Shown here: one piece after another, positions 18,249 to 27,665 of the stretch
Position numbering within the stretch: position 1 is the first letter of the stretch
Layout of the letters: each line of letters begins with the position of its first letter
Made by a program: the position numbers and the translations under genes
Notes under the pieces: generated by a model
The model's database searches: none
What the model was told of the DNA's origin: nothing
What the model saw: only the letters and a program-made list of their open reading frames with translations
Virus record (IMG/VR): IMGVR_UViG_3300033121_001167
Coordinates: 1 to 64,000 of that record
Strand: one strand, 5' to 3'
Source of the DNA: a virus
Taxonomy: Duplodnaviria > Caudoviricetes
DNA: 64,000 bases

Positions 18249-18854
18249 TTATGTTAATTTACAAATCATTCCCTCTGCGTCTTTTCTCAAAATGCGCTCA
18301 GGACTTCCGCCAAAATTGTGACGCACATCATGCCCAATTGAACATACTTTTTCCAGTTGTCCAACATAAATTAGTTGTTGTACTGCTAAATAAACATCAT
18401 CAAATAGTCCTACATCATCAAACACAAAATACACGTCCCCATCGGCGTGTTTTAAATTTTTTGCCCTACTAACATCCATCAGAATTTGATCGGTTGTGTG
18501 ACCCGCATCTATCACAAACACTGATATTGGACTATGTGCGAAATTTGAATCTACTGGAGTATCGTACAAATTCATCTCAATAAATTTGATATTACTCCGG
18601 TCAAAATTCAATTTTTGTGCAGCATCCATGTGTCCGGGTAAATTAATTGTGTAAACTTTGTTGAACAGATATGACAAAACCCGTGTTGTGCCACCTTTAT
18701 GTGTTCCAAATTCTACGCAATTGAATTTTTGATGGTTGGGCAATGCTTTAAAAAAATTCCACAAATCCGTTTTAAACTTATTGGATGTAGTTGTAAGATT
18801 CGTGTGTTTGTCTTCACCAACTTCCAATAAAATTTCGTCAATTGTCTTAAACAT
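18249..18854 (-). CDS. Class I SAM methyltransferase (Methyltransf_24-like)
   Basis: VEFGTHKGGT, IDAGH, VFDD. Confidence 0.8.
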   Translation of the reverse strand: MFKTIDEILLEVGEDKHTNLTTTSNKFKTDLWNFFKALPNHQKFNCVEFGTHKGGTTRVLSYLFNKVYTINLPGHMDAAQKLNFDRSNIKFIEMNLYDTPVDSNFAHSPISVFVIDAGHTTDQILMDVSRAKNLKHADGDVYFVFDDVGLFDDVYLAVQQLIYVGQLEKVCSIGHDVRHNFGGSPERILRKDAEGMICKLT

Positions 18855-19065
18855 ATATAAAATTAAATTCAGTTTCTAACGGAAACAATAATCCGCCAAT
18901 ATGAGTTTGTGAAATGGATACGAAATCAACTACTCTCGCTTTCAGTTCATCGTGTTGAATATCAGGCAATGCCCAATTTAATGGCAATTTAAAACTTATG
19001 GCTTTATCATCGGCCCAACACTTAATTTGTCCGTTCAAATTTACTTGGTATGAAATTGTTCGCAT
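18847..19065 (-). CDS. Hypothetical protein, 72 aa
   Basis: Co-oriented ORF. Confidence 0.5.
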   Translation of the reverse strand: MRTISYQVNLNGQIKCWADDKAISFKLPLNWALPDIQHDELKARVVDFVSISQTHIGGLLFPLETEFNFIYV

Positions 19066-19895
19066 TATTTTAAGATTAGTGGAGCAATGATGTCAAAATT
19101 GACTTTAAACGATGATGTTGGTTTGATTGGTAAGTTCAGTTCGGAACCAATCCTTAACAATGTATCTTTTTTGACTGCATACAGTTCTTTTTCGGTTTTA
19201 AACAACATCTTGCACACGTCTAAAAACGATTTGGGAGACGGGTGCGCGGTCTTTGGATAAACTGAAGCCATAAATTGTCTATCAACAACGGACAATTCCG
19301 TATTTTCCTTTGTCGCAAATCCATCCATTGTCCAACTTGCTGGAAATGGGTACATCATAATAGATGATGTATCAGCTTCTGTCCCATTTGTTTGATCTTT
19401 GCTGTATTTATCCAGCACATTGTGACGAATGGTCGCTACATTCCAAGAATTGGGCGGTTTACTCAAGTCTTTGATAACATTTGCTTCATTCCATTTAATG
19501 CCACCTTTTGGATTTTGGTGTTCATGCCCCATACCAATCGCATGCCCAAATTCGTGGAGGACAACTCCTTTATCCAACCATCCCAGATTCAATGTTGGTT
19601 GGTTGGTTGGAATGTCCCTTGCATCGGTACCAATGTAAGACCATGCGCCATCGTTCTCATCAAATGCTACTCTAATTTCACTATTTACGTCTTCACTTCT
19701 AACAAATTGCAAATTTACTACATCCATCCAATCCTTTAGCGCATTCATCACAAATTGTTTTTGCGATTCTGTACCTTCCATAAATTTTACCCGCAGTTTT
19801 TGCCCGTTTGTCCAATATTTTTCTGGAAATGTGACGGCTTCTGCTGAACGAGAAGTTAACTGGATTGGTAATTCTTTATCAATACAAAATTTCAT
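19065..19895 (-). CDS. Metzincin zinc metalloprotease (astacin/M12A-like)
   Basis: HEFGHAIGMGHEH and SIMMY Met-turn; AWSYIG. Confidence 0.92.
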   Translation of the reverse strand: MKFCIDKELPIQLTSRSAEAVTFPEKYWTNGQKLRVKFMEGTESQKQFVMNALKDWMDVVNLQFVRSEDVNSEIRVAFDENDGAWSYIGTDARDIPTNQPTLNLGWLDKGVVLHEFGHAIGMGHEHQNPKGGIKWNEANVIKDLSKPPNSWNVATIRHNVLDKYSKDQTNGTEADTSSIMMYPFPASWTMDGFATKENTELSVVDRQFMASVYPKTAHPSPKSFLDVCKMLFKTEKELYAVKKDTLLRIGSELNLPIKPTSSFKVNFDIIAPLILK

Positions 19896-19984
19896 TTGTT
19901 ATTCTCCCAAAAATTATAAGTGTGTATATTAAAAGTAGTGATAAAACACTACAAAACAAAATTACGTCTAAAACTGCTGACCAT

Positions 19985-20227
19985 TTAACGGTTTTCATAA
20001 TTTTGACTTAGTTTAATGGCCTTTTTTATATTATGATCTGATAAGATGAAAATTAAATCGGAAATGTTAGTCCAAAAACACTTACCAGTCGTCTTAGTGG
20101 ATATTTTTGCACGATCTTCAAAAACATACTCCAAGACAAATCGCATTTGAGGTTTGGTCTGCCATTTTGTGTGGTAATTACAGCCAATTACAATGCTGGA
20201 TTCGGTGAAGTTATGAATCAATTTCAT
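19985..20227 (-). CDS. Hypothetical protein, 80 aa
   Basis: Co-oriented ORF. Confidence 0.55.
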   Translation of the reverse strand: MKLIHNFTESSIVIGCNYHTKWQTKPQMRFVLEYVFEDRAKISTKTTGKCFWTNISDLIFILSDHNIKKAIKLSQNYENR

Positions 20228-21000
20228 GACAAACGCAACATGGTGGTTTGGCAGTTATCATACAAATATTCGTAAGTTTTTTTAAGCCAATGATTTACGT
20301 TTTTCACACCACCTTCCATCGCATTAAAATGGTAAATTCCCGGAATATCAGTAAATAACATTCGGTCATCTAAAATATTCTTCCTTGATAAATCCTGCAT
20401 GTTAAACTGGTAGGGAAGCAATTTCACATAAATATCATTTTCGTTGGTAATTAAGTTGCAAATTGGCTGGTCAGTTCCGACCCCGTACTTCTTTTGCACT
20501 TCACGAACCTTTGAATCATTTTCCCAATAAAAATCCATCAACTTTTCGTGGAATAGTATGAAGGTCGGGTTCGTTATCATAAATCCAGTATTGAAATATT
20601 TCCAAATATCAAATTTCTTAGTAAAATGGGTTGGAAACTCGTGTTGATAGTTTTCAATGCTTCGTATAATCCAATCATAGTCTCCATCATTATGAACTGC
20701 ACAGAAATTATGGTCGCTCAATTCAAAGAAATTTGGGCAATGGGGATGGACAATCGTATCAGCATCAACTAAACAAACCTGATCCACGGCTTCACCTGCA
20801 AGCAATTTATGCCAGTAATGTCGGAAGTAAATCGGACTGACGGATTCCAATGGAAACAACGGCTCGTCTAATACCCGTAGTTCGCATTTATTTGCGTTAC
20901 ACCACACTTTCCATGACTCAATGGAGTATTTATACCCCTCCGAACTTTGGGGCTTGTGTGGGCTATTTATTGCGGTTATAAGAACGAAGTTATTTTTCAA
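20224..21000 (-). CDS. Glycosyltransferase, GT8-like
   Basis: LVDADT, YFNTGF, DQPICN, FNMQ, IYHF. Confidence 0.85.
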   Translation of the reverse strand: MKNNFVLITAINSPHKPQSSEGYKYSIESWKVWCNANKCELRVLDEPLFPLESVSPIYFRHYWHKLLAGEAVDQVCLVDADTIVHPHCPNFFELSDHNFCAVHNDGDYDWIIRSIENYQHEFPTHFTKKFDIWKYFNTGFMITNPTFILFHEKLMDFYWENDSKVREVQKKYGVGTDQPICNLITNENDIYVKLLPYQFNMQDLSRKNILDDRMLFTDIPGIYHFNAMEGGVKNVNHWLKKTYEYLYDNCQTTMLRLS

Positions 21001-21322
21001 TTTTATTACTCGGTTTATAAATTACACTTACTTCGGATTCTACCCAACAAACACTATCTTCATCAAATTTCCAACCCATCTCGTATGGAGTATAATTCGG
21101 ATGACTTTGTAATGCCCAATCAAACCCGATGAGTTTGCGATTAAATTCTTGAACTGCCCATATTTTGTACCAATATGGTTCAGGTCGCTCATTTTTAATA
21201 TATATCGGATCGTAATCTTCTGTAATTAGACGGAATATGCTATTGAAGATGGGAGTTCCGTCCTCATTTAAATTGGATGGGTGGGTCTGGATGTAATCCA
21301 ATAAAAATTGTTTTGCTGTCAT
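20990..21322 (-). CDS. Hypothetical protein, 110 aa
   Basis: Co-oriented ORF. Confidence 0.6.
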   Translation of the reverse strand: MTAKQFLLDYIQTHPSNLNEDGTPIFNSIFRLITEDYDPIYIKNERPEPYWYKIWAVQEFNRKLIGFDWALQSHPNYTPYEMGWKFDEDSVCWVESEVSVIYKPSNKIEK

Positions 21323-21489
21323 ATTGAAGTGTAAATTAAATATGCAATTAATGTAATTACAAATGATGTTAGTACATTGCGATAGTATATAACAATGCTT
21401 ATGTCGGGCATCATCCGAAGAGTTTTCAAAGACCTAAAATACATCCCAACATTACAAAGGATAAATAAAATAATGAACCAATAAACCAT
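21319..21489 (-). CDS. Small membrane protein, 56 aa (MVYWFIILF...)
   Basis: Translated by hand; two hydrophobic segments; ATGA coupling to the next gene. Confidence 0.5.
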   Translation of the reverse strand: MVYWFIILFILCNVGMYFRSLKTLRMMPDISIVIYYRNVLTSFVITLIAYLIYTSI

Positions 21490-21594
21490 TTAAAATGTTT
21501 GTTTTAGTGTTGTACGGCGAAATTTATAGCATATAATTAAAAATGCTATACCACCAAGAATCATAACAACGTCTTCGGTAATAATGTAGTGCAT
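21490..21594 (-). CDS. Small membrane peptide, 34 aa (MHYIITEDV...)
   Basis: Translated by hand; TAAATG coupling. Confidence 0.4.
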   Translation of the reverse strand: MHYIITEDVVMILGGIAFLIICYKFRRTTLKQTF

Positions 21595-21622
21595 ATTTTT
21601 TCCTTTTATTTAGTTAAAAATT

Positions 21623-22705
21623 TCATTTCAACATATTATTTAATTCTTTGGAAATATGGACACACGTTGCAATTTTTCCACTGAATATGGAATATAATTG
21701 ATTGTTGTGCTTTGTTATATAACTTGGGCGACCATCATCCTGTTCTCTGTTCGGAAGAACTGTCCGAACTGTGAACATTGAGCCAGCATAATATACATTA
21801 TCACTTGCAAAATTTGGTCGCTTTTCAGTTGTTGGAATTGTTGGACTGCCATTAAAATTGAAAAAGTCGCGGCTGGCATTGATTATTTGCTTATGATTTG
21901 AGTTAGTGTATCCTTTTGTAATACCACAATTCAAATATGGGCGAATTTCAGAAGGAACTGTAAAAAACTTGCCGACTTGCCGTTCATGTATTGCTTCCTT
22001 TACATGCCCCATAATGTGGTAATATTCATTAAACCCATGCGGATCAATACAACAAAACTCCCCATCCATAATTACCGCAGATTTTCCTTTCCATTCTCGC
22101 CCAACCGAAATAACGGGCTTTTCACACAATTCAAATTGATAATCAATATGGTCATCTTCTGATAGTAAGAAATTCAAATTTGAATAGGTGCAATTTATTA
22201 CAACATCAAATTCTGACATCATTTGTTTTGTGAATTGAGTATTTAATTTCACATCTATATTACACTTCCGCAATTTTTCGTTACAAATTAAATACAATTG
22301 CGCAATATCAAATGAATTTTCATGCACTTTGACGATCAAATCTAAATTTTCACATTTCAACAAATCAAGATTTTGAATTATTTCGTAATCAAGTTTGCTT
22401 GTTTCTAAAAATGTCAGGTATTGTTCTTTATCGGTCAGTGAATTGTTGGACGCAATCGCATAATATCTATCAACTCCGTGATTGACTATACACCCATCAA
22501 ATTCACGTTCAAATTCTTGGGTGGATTGTATCATTTCGTTTGAACGTGGATAATGGTATCCTCTATGCAATCTGTACTGATTACATCCACTTGCTGAATT
22601 TAAAATTCCAGACGACATTTCAAACAAAGTGATGTTGTGCCGTTCTGAAAGTTTTATCGCAGATGTAATTCCAAAAATTCCTGCTCCAACAACTGCTATT
22701 TTCAT
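21623..22705 (-). CDS. FAD-dependent oxidoreductase (DAO-like)
   Basis: KIAVVGAGIFG, RLHRGYHYPRS, SGKIAT. Confidence 0.9.
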   Translation of the reverse strand: MKIAVVGAGIFGITSAIKLSERHNITLFEMSSGILNSASGCNQYRLHRGYHYPRSNEMIQSTQEFEREFDGCIVNHGVDRYYAIASNNSLTDKEQYLTFLETSKLDYEIIQNLDLLKCENLDLIVKVHENSFDIAQLYLICNEKLRKCNIDVKLNTQFTKQMMSEFDVVINCTYSNLNFLLSEDDHIDYQFELCEKPVISVGREWKGKSAVIMDGEFCCIDPHGFNEYYHIMGHVKEAIHERQVGKFFTVPSEIRPYLNCGITKGYTNSNHKQIINASRDFFNFNGSPTIPTTEKRPNFASDNVYYAGSMFTVRTVLPNREQDDGRPSYITKHNNQLYSIFSGKIATCVHISKELNNMLK

Positions 22706-22749
22706 ATATCAATTCCACTCTAAATAGTATTCCAGAAAAATTTATACAT

Positions 22750-23145
22750 TTATTTTCTTAACGTTAAAGGCACTCTGGCCTGTATTGAAAAAATAGGTTG
22801 ATCCCGATAATAATCTACATTTATCAATAGACATTCTTTCCAATGTATTTCAAGATTGAGAGGAGTTATGTACCCTTTACCAACAGTATAATACATTGGA
22901 GGAAGTGCTACAAATACACTGAAATCCTTCACTTTAAATGCCCTAATCGCAAATTTCAAATCAATTCGGTGGTAATTGTCCAAATTACTATTTACAGTCA
23001 ATCTTGCAAACGCAATTTTTACATTAGACTCTGCATGGGCATTAAACATCCACGGGTCTTTGTCGGAAACAGTAAACCCGCCAAACACTTTATCTTGTGC
23101 AAGTGCAAGATTTGAAAGCAATAGAAAAAATGCGATTAGTCTCAT
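22750..23145 (-). CDS. Exported beta-strand-rich protein, possibly outer-membrane
   Basis: Signal peptide MRLIAFFLLLSNLALAQ; alternating hydrophobic strands. Confidence 0.5.
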   Translation of the reverse strand: MRLIAFFLLLSNLALAQDKVFGGFTVSDKDPWMFNAHAESNVKIAFARLTVNSNLDNYHRIDLKFAIRAFKVKDFSVFVALPPMYYTVGKGYITPLNLEIHWKECLLINVDYYRDQPIFSIQARVPLTLRK

Positions 23146-23919
23146 TTATACATATTTCGTTTTAATTAAATTCCAAACATCTTGCATTACCTGAACTCGC
23201 TGCTCAATAGGAAATCCAGTGAAATGCCATATTTTCCCATATTTTAGAAAATGCGGCCAAGTTCGTTCATCTTCCATAACAAACTGGTTCGGAAAAAGTT
23301 GCCAGTTGTTTATGAACATATTTTTTTTATGGATTGAAAGCAAATTCCATTCCGGAGTTAATAACTCAACCTCAACATTTAGTTTTTGAATTACAAAATT
23401 CAACAAGGTTTGCTCCTTACCTCCACCTACGATTGAGTCTATTTCAGATTGTCTGTTTAAATACAACCAACACAGTTCTTCAAATACTTTTAGGTTAGCC
23501 TTCCCGAAAAACAAAACTCCGGCGTTTAGATATTTAAACACATCCAATTTGACATTTGGGAAGAAATGCTGTCGCTGTCCAATGGATGAATACAGCCAAT
23601 TCAAGTCACACAAATCGTTTACACCGTACATTTTGTCAGGTTCAATTTGGTCAAAAATGTTTGGAGCATCCCAGCGGATCATCGTATCACTGTCAACAAT
23701 TCCGATTTTATCATAACCAACACCTTTTTGATAAATTAATTCCTTGGTCCATATAGGGTAAGTAAACCGCTTATCGTGCTCAGTACAAACAACCAAGTCA
23801 ATGTTGTGGTTTTTACAATAGTATTCCCACGTTTTAAGCGAATATACTGCATAATCCGAACATTGGATTTGTTTGGATGGGTCGTTTATGTTGACGATAT
23901 ATACGAGGGTTTTACTCAT
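23146..23919 (-). CDS. Glycosyltransferase, GT8-like (paralog of 20224..21000)
   Basis: IVDSDT, YLNAGV, EQTLLN, EWNL, IWHF. Confidence 0.85.
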   Translation of the reverse strand: MSKTLVYIVNINDPSKQIQCSDYAVYSLKTWEYYCKNHNIDLVVCTEHDKRFTYPIWTKELIYQKGVGYDKIGIVDSDTMIRWDAPNIFDQIEPDKMYGVNDLCDLNWLYSSIGQRQHFFPNVKLDVFKYLNAGVLFFGKANLKVFEELCWLYLNRQSEIDSIVGGGKEQTLLNFVIQKLNVEVELLTPEWNLLSIHKKNMFINNWQLFPNQFVMEDERTWPHFLKYGKIWHFTGFPIEQRVQVMQDVWNLIKTKYV

Positions 23920-24348
23920 TCAGTGCAATTTATGAAATTCGTTAATTGAATCAGATACATTTTCAACTTCAGTCACTACAAATGAATCCCATGTTGATTG
24001 TTTTATTCGCAATCTATACCACTGTTCCAATTGCATTTTATTGCTTAAAAATAATTGGTTTGGCTTCTTAATTAACTTCTTCAACAATCTTGGCTGAAAA
24101 TATTGGCAGGATTGGATTGAAGTTATTTCTATCTCCACACCATATTTGCTATATGGCGACTCGTGACAATATGCGACGAGTTCCAAATGATTTTGTTTTA
24201 ACTGTTCGGTATCTTCGTAGTGCATCAGTAAAAATGATATATTGTTATACTTAACATGAGTACAATGAACCAAAACAGTATCCACAAATGCGCGTTTAGT
24301 TCTTCTCGTTCCATAGAATGTTATACGTTTCATCAAACGTTTCCACAA
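23920..24348 (-). CDS. Hypothetical protein
   Basis: Co-oriented ORF. Confidence 0.55.
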   Translation of the reverse strand: MWKRLMKRITFYGTRRTKRAFVDTVLVHCTHVKYNNISFLLMHYEDTEQLKQNHLELVAYCHESPYSKYGVEIEITSIQSCQYFQPRLLKKLIKKPNQLFLSNKMQLEQWYRLRIKQSTWDSFVVTEVENVSDSINEFHKLH

Positions 24349-24562
24349 ATGAACCTAAGCAAACCAAACCAAGAAACACTACAAGTGTTTTACCAAGGAA
24401 ATGCCATTTAAACGGGTCTGGTTCGTTGCTTATAAAATAGCAAATACCATACGTCAGCAAAAATATCACAAAGTACAATACCAATGTTATTAAAAATGCA
24501 ATTAATGATTTCATTTTACAAAATTTTAATTTAGGTAATTTATGTGGGTTTCCAATAACCAA
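24296..24562 (-). CDS. Small membrane protein
   Basis: Two hydrophobic helices. Confidence 0.55.
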   Translation of the reverse strand: MVIGNPHKLPKLKFCKMKSLIAFLITLVLYFVIFLLTYGICYFISNEPDPFKWHFLGKTLVVFLGLVCLGSFVETFDETYNILWNEKN

Positions 24563-24791
24563 TTACACTCTTAACATTGTTATGATAAGCAGTGATAGTT
24601 CCTGTTTCAAATTTAATCGGGCTAAACACAAATCTGGTATAATTTGCATCTATTAATTCCTTCATAAACTCCACAGTTTCAAACTCGTCATCGCTCAGTT
24701 CATACCAATTTTGAGGTTTTGGTGATGGGCACCCATTCGTGTCAAGCAGTATCCCAACTGTATCAGATCGGCATATAATCAGTCTTTTCAT
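24540..24791 (-). CDS. Hypothetical protein, 83 aa
   Basis: Co-oriented ORF. Confidence 0.55.
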   Translation of the reverse strand: MKRLIICRSDTVGILLDTNGCPSPKPQNWYELSDDEFETVEFMKELIDANYTRFVFSPIKFETGTITAYHNNVKSVIGYWKPT

Positions 24792-25741
24792 CTTACAAAA
24801 TTTGGATGGTTGTGAATATGTTTTGGGTGGGGAACATCAATAAATTTGGCAAACTGTCCTTCGTCTTGTCTCGATGGCCTAATCATGACTTTTTTTGAGG
24901 TTGGTAATGGGCGGAGAACAAATTCAGTTCCTTCGAGCGAATCTGCCCATTTTTTGTGAACAAAATTATCTGAATTGTATCGTATTTTTTCCAATCCAGT
25001 TTCAAAGTCCTTCCAATACTGAGGATCGCTCCGATAAATGAGTTCATACCGAAGTTCCTTCCATTTGCCATTGACAAACCACGGATAATGTCGTACCCAA
25101 AACTTATCTGTGTATTTGAGTAATGGATAATTTTGCGACATAAATCCATCCATTGCCCGTCTGTAATTTTGCATATTATCAAAACAGTAACAAAAACGAC
25201 GGAATTTTGGGCTGACTTCGTTGATTGCTTCGCAATAATACTGCGTTTCAAGAAAGTCTCTCCAAACGCATTTTAGTCCTTCGCCGGGCATCAATTTTGA
25301 GATTTCCTCGCTAATAACATCTTTGTCTAATTCGTAAAGGAACGCATCCGGTTCCAATGGAAAAATGATTGTTCCTTCACTGACAAACGATTCTAAACCG
25401 TGTGTTATAGCATTCAAAAAGCATATATTTGCATCATAATTCTTATAGTCAATAATTTTACATTCAATATGTGGCAATTTGCCATCACCATCAAATTGGT
25501 TCCGTGTATATTCGGAAACAATATCTAACGTCATTTCATAATCAAATCCAGCATTGGTGTCTTCATAACACCATTTTTTGCGAAATTGGCTGTCAATCTC
25601 TTTCTTATTTTCAACGCCTCCCGGAAAAATACCAGTGTTTATAATTATTACATCGGGTTCAATTACATCTATCATGTTCTGAATCCAATACTTCAAGAAA
25701 TGGCTGCTGGCAAATTCTGGAATTATGACAATTTTTTTCAT
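24788..25741 (-). CDS. Glycosyltransferase-like protein (GT-A)
   Basis: IVIIPEF start and IFPLEPDAF (DxD-like); cluster context. Confidence 0.5.
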   Translation of the reverse strand: MKKIVIIPEFASSHFLKYWIQNMIDVIEPDVIIINTGIFPGGVENKKEIDSQFRKKWCYEDTNAGFDYEMTLDIVSEYTRNQFDGDGKLPHIECKIIDYKNYDANICFLNAITHGLESFVSEGTIIFPLEPDAFLYELDKDVISEEISKLMPGEGLKCVWRDFLETQYYCEAINEVSPKFRRFCYCFDNMQNYRRAMDGFMSQNYPLLKYTDKFWVRHYPWFVNGKWKELRYELIYRSDPQYWKDFETGLEKIRYNSDNFVHKKWADSLEGTEFVLRPLPTSKKVMIRPSRQDEGQFAKFIDVPHPKHIHNHPNFVR

Positions 25742-25971
25742 TGTATCTGCGTTATTTTATAGCAATTGTAATTCACATACGGATCCTCAAACTCATCAAC
25801 CTCCGCCTCATCCACTGCAACTAACAACTCCATAGAAATCAAGTTTTGAGCAATATATTTAGCCACAGTACATTTAAGCGCATCAAGTGTGATTTGTTGC
25901 TCTTCGTACACAACATCAAGATCAATATCAAGTTGTATTTTCATAAATGTATAACTCCAATCCCTCCCCAC
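25738..25971 (-). CDS. Hypothetical protein
   Basis: Co-oriented ORF. Confidence 0.45.
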   Translation of the reverse strand: MGRDWSYTFMKIQLDIDLDVVYEEQQITLDALKCTVAKYIAQNLISMELLVAVDEAEVDEFEDPYVNYNCYKITQIQ

Positions 25972-26591
25972 ATTTGATCTAAGTCGTTGGTGTCTGGATA
26001 GACTATTTCAGAGGTTTTATACTTCCCGCTTGCTTTCAATTCCTGCCAAAACTCACCGACATAAACATTTCGGTCATGGTGTCGTTTGGAGATTTGGATG
26101 TCGTGGAATGCAACAATGCCACCTTTCCGTACAAATGGGGAATAATCTATCCAGTCTAACTTAACTCCGTTGTATGAATGATCCCCGTCAATGAAGAGAA
26201 AATCAATAAATGGCTTAGTGGTTTTAGAACCAGATAGTGATAATAATTCGGCTTGAGTTGCGGTGCTGTGACTATTTCCACGAATGAACTTACAATTCTT
26301 AAATTTAGTTTTGAACCATTCATCCCGATCATCCATTTCCTTCTCGCTGATCCCTCCGTGAATTCCGCCATCACTTACATCAATTGAAATGTTCAGTCCA
26401 TCCCAATTAATAGAATTCCACAAATAGAAAGTTCCGCCATACTTTGTCCCGATTTCCAGAATGTTGTATGGTTGAGTTGTATCGCGGCCGTCAAAGTGAC
26501 GAGAGACTAAATCATACAATTCAGTTATTTCCTGACGGATTTGGGGCATATAAAGTGAATATGCTGTGTTTATATTATGTTCGTTATTCAT
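25941..26591 (-). CDS. Class I SAM methyltransferase (Methyltransf_24)
   Basis: ILEIGTKYGGT, LFIDGDHSY, GGIVAFHD. Confidence 0.92.
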   Translation of the reverse strand: MNNEHNINTAYSLYMPQIRQEITELYDLVSRHFDGRDTTQPYNILEIGTKYGGTFYLWNSINWDGLNISIDVSDGGIHGGISEKEMDDRDEWFKTKFKNCKFIRGNSHSTATQAELLSLSGSKTTKPFIDFLFIDGDHSYNGVKLDWIDYSPFVRKGGIVAFHDIQISKRHHDRNVYVGEFWQELKASGKYKTSEIVYPDTNDLDQMWGGIGVIHL

Positions 26592-26835
26592 TAGTTTCTT
26601 TAAATATTTTCATCAGTACATCCGAGCCTCCACACACTTCAAAATTAGTTTGAGCGTCCCGAAAATCGTACTGAGCCAAACGTGTTTGGGTTTTAACGTG
26701 TGCAAGAATATCATCTACATTATCAAGCGCAGATACAGTTGACAATAAAGTCAGCATCGTCGTCTCCACTTTATCGGCGACATTAAGACGAATTAACATA
26801 TCAACTTGTTCGTCGGTAAACTGATTGTAGCACAT
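26584..26835 (-). CDS. Hypothetical protein, 83 aa
   Basis: Co-oriented ORF. Confidence 0.55.
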   Translation of the reverse strand: MCYNQFTDEQVDMLIRLNVADKVETTMLTLLSTVSALDNVDDILAHVKTQTRLAQYDFRDAQTNFEVCGGSDVLMKIFKETNE

Positions 26836-26865
26836 AATTAAATTTTTGTTTTAACATTCGTCATC

Positions 26866-26959
26866 CATCATACTTCGCTGTCGGTCGCCCACGACCTCTT
26901 TGCTTGTATGACTCATTTCATTTTTTTTTGCTCATAATGCTACGCAGATAACCCCTGAC
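26866..26959 (-). promoter_or_regulatory. Conserved non-coding element after the FGE stop (putative DGR IMH plus hairpin), copy B
   Basis: Near-identical to 2387-2478; hairpin at 26883-26896. Confidence 0.75.
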
Positions 26960-27634
26960 TCACTGGAGGGCGAGGCGGAAGCCAACATAGTAGGCACGGA
27001 TCGTCGGCACGAAGTTGCCGAGATCAGCGGAGCGGCAGCGCCGAGCATCGATGCTCCAGCTGCCGCCGCGAAGCACGCGGAGCCCGCCCGAATCCGGTCC
27101 TGTTGGGTTGATCTGCGGCTGCGGCTCGGATGGGTAGTCTCCAGACCAATCTTGGCACCATTCCCACACGTTGCCGCTCATGTCGTGAATACCGAGTTCG
27201 TTGGGCTTTTTTGTGCCTACCGAGTGGGTGCGTAAGTTGGAGTTTTTATACCGCCAAGCGACTTCGTCCAAGTCGTCGCTGCCAGCGTATTTATATCCGT
27301 TGGAATAAATGCCTCCACGAGCAGCGTATTCCCATTCCGCTTCCGTTGGCAAGCGGTACGCTTTGCCCGTTAGCATGTTGAGTTTTTGGATGAACTCCTG
27401 ACAGTCGGTCCAACTGACATTTTCTACGGGCAAGTCATCACCCTTGAAATGGCTGGGATTGTCACCCATGACCGCAGCCCACTGTGCTTGCGTCACTGGG
27501 CATTTTCCGATGTAGAAGTCGGAAAGTGTGACTTCGTGCTGGGTTTCGTCGTCGTAGCGCCCGACTTCGTTCTCTGGGCTTCCCATCATAAACGTACCGC
27601 CTTGGACAAAAATCATTTCTGGCTCAAAATTCAT
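26960..27634 (-). CDS. FGE-sulfatase (C-type lectin fold) protein, putative DGR target, copy B (start re-called at MNFEPEMIF)
   Basis: Paralog of 2479..3135; the longer ORF start at 27697 runs through the promoter. Confidence 0.95.
   Translation of the reverse strand: MNFEPEMIFVQGGTFMMGSPENEVGRYDDETQHEVTLSDFYIGKCPVTQAQWAAVMGDNPSHFKGDDLPVENVSWTDCQEFIQKLNMLTGKAYRLPTEAEWEYAARGGIYSNGYKYAGSDDLDEVAWRYKNSNLRTHSVGTKKPNELGIHDMSGNVWEWCQDWSGDYPSEPQPQINPTGPDSGGLRVLRGGSWSIDARRCRSADLGNFVPTIRAYYVGFRLALQ
26963..27100 (-). repeat. Putative DGR variable repeat VR-B
   Basis: Aligns without gaps to 2482-2619. Confidence 0.85.
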
Positions 27635-27665
27635 AATAGCATTGCTTGTTTTAAAAATTATAGTA

